The translations under genes and the position numbers were made by a program. This document shows positions 62,401 through 64,000 of a DNA stretch of 64,000 bases, piece by piece. The first letter of the stretch is position 1. Each line of letters opens with the position of its first letter. Location: the NCBI GenBank assembly GCA_963708135.1, contig OY970192.1, forward strand, positions 4,896,001 to 4,960,000. The letters run 5' to 3'. The notes under the pieces are model-generated. The model was given only the letters and a program-made list of their open reading frames with translations. It was not told where the DNA came from and searched no databases. This DNA is from an uncultured Gemmatimonadales bacterium (GTDB taxonomy: Bacteria > Gemmatimonadota > Gemmatimonadetes > Longimicrobiales > RSA9).

Positions 62401-62621
62401 CACACCCCGCCGCCGGCCGCGCCGAAATAGAACGTGTTCGGCTTGCCCGGCACGCCGGTGGCCACCGTGGCCCAGCCGGCGCGGTAGGGGCCCACCAGCC
62501 GCCAGCGCATCCCGGCGTAGAGGGAGGAAGGGACGCCCGCCTGCGCGTGGAGCGGCAGGGCGGGCGTCGCCATGGCCAGACCGGCCAGGGAGAGTGCCAG
62601 CTTGGTGGTGCGCATCCTCAT
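59499..62621 (-). CDS. VPS10/BNR-repeat beta-propeller glycosyl-hydrolase-like exported protein
   Basis: WRLVGP, repeated S.DGG.TW motifs, NQPTGQFY, GQQDNG, ENPP.GA.IDY. Confidence 0.88.
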   Translation of the reverse strand: MRMRTTKLALSLAGLAMATPALPLHAQAGVPSSLYAGMRWRLVGPYRAGWATVATGVPGKPNTFYFGAAGGGVWRTDDAGRTWRPLMQHESAASVGALAVASSDASVLYVGTGQVAARYDVLEGDGVYRSADGGETWRNTGLRESRHIGRILVDPHDPDRVLVAALGPYFAASRDRGVYLTTDGGARWTRVLAPENDRTGAVDLARDDAHPGVVYAATWQTQMHPWLDYFQPRIGPGSGIWKSTDGGAHWSRLSGGGLPPGPLGRIGIAVSGDVVYASIVASGDASGLYRSGDGGAHWTRVNADAALASDYFGRVTVAPDDPNTVYVMGQSIRRSTDGGRTITIVKGAPGGDDYHFLWIDPADPSHMVTGADQGAAVTVDGGRMWSSWYNQPTGQFYHVAADDRFPYRIYSGQQDNGTVGILSRGPYGVIELRDWHPVGGDERDYMVPKPGAPDTVFGSGLGGHLSRFDETTRQVAEASPWPVSTYGARPTTVKYRYTWITPLEFSPLPPHPMFFGAQVLFRSDDDGDTWRTISPDLTGAAPGGGRGAAAPPSDPAVAKADARESRRAAPPCQDPSPAEAVRCGFGVIYTIAPSPLQADEIWVGTDDGLIQLTRDGGAHWTNVTPPAVPAWGRIDAISPSRFTDGTAYAVVDMHRIGNDAPLVLRTGDFGKTWTRITDRIHADDYVMTVRADPVKPGLLYAGTRRRVYVSFDDGAHWQSLALNLPTVQVRDLLVHDGDLIAATNGRGLWVLDDVSPLRQAGADVAAAPAYLFRPDTAIRLRADENRDTPWPPSTPLGENPPTGAVIDYWLADSTSGAVTLAVKDAAGALVRRFSSDEPPPELPAERYFTKDWLGAPQRLSTAAGMHRYVWDLRGPRPPALHYEHSIAAVWPEHTPLLPEGALVLPGRYTVTLEAAGSTLTQPLTVTLDPRVHPPAGALESQLALADSIAASLRAAAAADSAIGALLQQKKATAGPDVAGRFADLRSGTGGLQEIDGVLASLFTAVESADAAPTRGQRAVYHDYGEKLEAVKARWKELRSR

Positions 62622-62767
62622 CGGCTCGCCTCCGGGCGGCCCCGTCCCCCGGCGTGCCGACGGTCGGCGGCGCGAGGGGGGCGTGGGTGGGGGGCGAATC
62701 TAGGGAGTGGGGGAGGGACTGCAACCGAGGGACTGTGAGCTGCGGGGGGGACGGCGGGTGAGGGGGG

Positions 62768-64000
62768 TCAGGGGTCGTCGAGGACGGCGGCGGGGGGGAT
62801 CCGGGCGGCGCGGCGGGCGGGGAGGGCGGCGGCGGCGAGGGTGGTGGCGGCGGTCACGGCGGCGGCGGCGAGGTAGACGGCGGGCTCGGTGGCCGAGGTG
62901 TCGAAGAGCAGGGAGCGGAACGGGCGCGCGAGCAGGGCGGCGGCGGCGGCGCCGAGCATGAAGCCGGGCACGGCAATGGTGCCGGCGTCGGTGAGGACGA
63001 GGCGACGGACCTGTCCGGCGGTGGCGCCCAGGGCGATGCGGATCCCGATCTCGCGGGTCCTCGCCCGCGCACGGTAGGAGATGACGCCGAAGAGCCCGAG
63101 CGCGGCGAGCAGCAGGGCGGCGGCGGCGAAGGTGGCGACGAGGCCGGCACGGAACCGGGGGGCGGCGGTGGCGCGCCGGAGCGAGGCGGCCACGGGCTCG
63201 AGGGTGGGGACGGGGAGGTCGGGGTCGACCTCGTGGATGGCGGCGCGGACGGCGGCGGCGATGCGGGTGTCGGGGAGTGCGCTGCGGACCACGAGGGAGA
63301 CCCATGGCCAGTCGCCGTCGTCGGGGAAGAAGAAGAGGGGCACGGGCGCGCCGGTGAGCTCGCGGTCGCGGACGTCGTCCACGATGCCGATGATGCGGCG
63401 CCAGTTGGTGCCATGGACGCCCATGGCAATGCGCCGGCCGATCGGGTCCTCGCCGGGGAAGACGGCGCGCGCGAAGGCGCGGGTCACGACCACGACCGGC
63501 TCGGCCGAAGGCCGGGCGTCGTCGGATCGGAGGAGGCGGCCGCGGGCGAGCCGCACGCCGGCGGCGTCGAAGTAGCCCGGCGTGATGCTGCGCCAGCGGG
63601 CGAAGGTGGTCTGGCCGGGGCCGGAGGGACGGCCCTCCACGGCCACATCGACGGTGGTGTTCCACTCGCCGAAGGGGGCCACGTTGGTGGCGCCGGCCGC
63701 GGCCACGCCGGGCACGGCACGGACGCGTGCGACGAGCGAGCGGAGCGTCGCGCCGTCGTCGTGGTAGCGGGGTGCGGTGAGAGCGAGGGGCGCGACCAGC
63801 ACGTGCTCGCGGGCGTAGCCCGGATCGACGGCCTGGAGGCGGGCGTAGCTGGTCACGAGCAGCCCTGCGCCGACGAGCAGGAGCACGGCGAGCGAGGTCT
63901 CGGCGACGGCGAGCAGGCGGAGCGCGCGTCCCGGGCCGGAGGCGGTGCGGCCGCCGGCGCGGAGCGCCCCGGCCAGGTCCACGCGGCCGGCGCCGAGCGC
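62768..64000 (-). CDS. ABC transporter permease (MacB/FtsX type), partial; the 5' end is outside the window
   Basis: LLVGAGLL...VDPGY, ITPGYF, DPIGRRI, RTREIGIRIALGA, PARRAARI. Confidence 0.88.
   Translation of the reverse strand, partial: ALGAGRVDLAGALRAGGRTASGPGRALRLLAVAETSLAVLLLVGAGLLVTSYARLQAVDPGYAREHVLVAPLALTAPRYHDDGATLRSLVARVRAVPGVAAAGATNVAPFGEWNTTVDVAVEGRPSGPGQTTFARWRSITPGYFDAAGVRLARGRLLRSDDARPSAEPVVVVTRAFARAVFPGEDPIGRRIAMGVHGTNWRRIIGIVDDVRDRELTGAPVPLFFFPDDGDWPWVSLVVRSALPDTRIAAAVRAAIHEVDPDLPVPTLEPVAASLRRATAAPRFRAGLVATFAAAALLLAALGLFGVISYRARARTREIGIRIALGATAGQVRRLVLTDAGTIAVPGFMLGAAAAALLARPFRSLLFDTSATEPAVYLAAAAVTAATTLAAAALPARRAARIPPAAVLDDP

Noticed and set aside
62670..62775. G-quadruplex-like G runs
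   Set aside because: Expected by chance at this GC content and strand skew, with no independent support.

Overview
Very GC-rich bacterial chromosomal segment. The gene content suggests Gemmatimonadota (inference from the TolB/TPR Ser/Thr kinase, MacB/FtsX-type permease, VPS10/BNR hydrolase and M13 peptidase). It holds about 50 mostly metabolic, transport and regulatory genes, separated by many short intergenic tandem repeats. Main highlights: (1) a fluoride (crcB-class) riboswitch with an overlapping terminator directly upstream of a bacterial dynamin-like GTPase. This gene converges on a second dynamin-like gene, with a TIR-bounded MITE between them and a 37-bp exact direct repeat on each side of the pair. 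(2) A probable exported selenocysteine peroxiredoxin (in-frame TGA at the peroxidatic Cys position plus a SECIS-like hairpin), downstream of prfC and next to ccdA/tlpA-like genes. The ORF track splits it in two. (3) An AbiEi-like/DUF559 nuclease gene flanked on both sides by a ~170-bp palindromic unit with 60-bp-periodic motifs, followed by a 24-bp amplified fragment of a related gene. (4) An uncharacterised ADC-like/SLDH-small-subunit/GMC/ferritin-like oxidative operon. (5) A pseudo-receiver/KaiC-like/GAF-kinase module with a frameshift. (6) Relics of a NylC/DmpA-family hydrolase and of an ECF sigma factor. No rRNA, tRNA, CRISPR array, integrase or transposase was recognised. All family calls come from motif recognition by eye, not from database searches.
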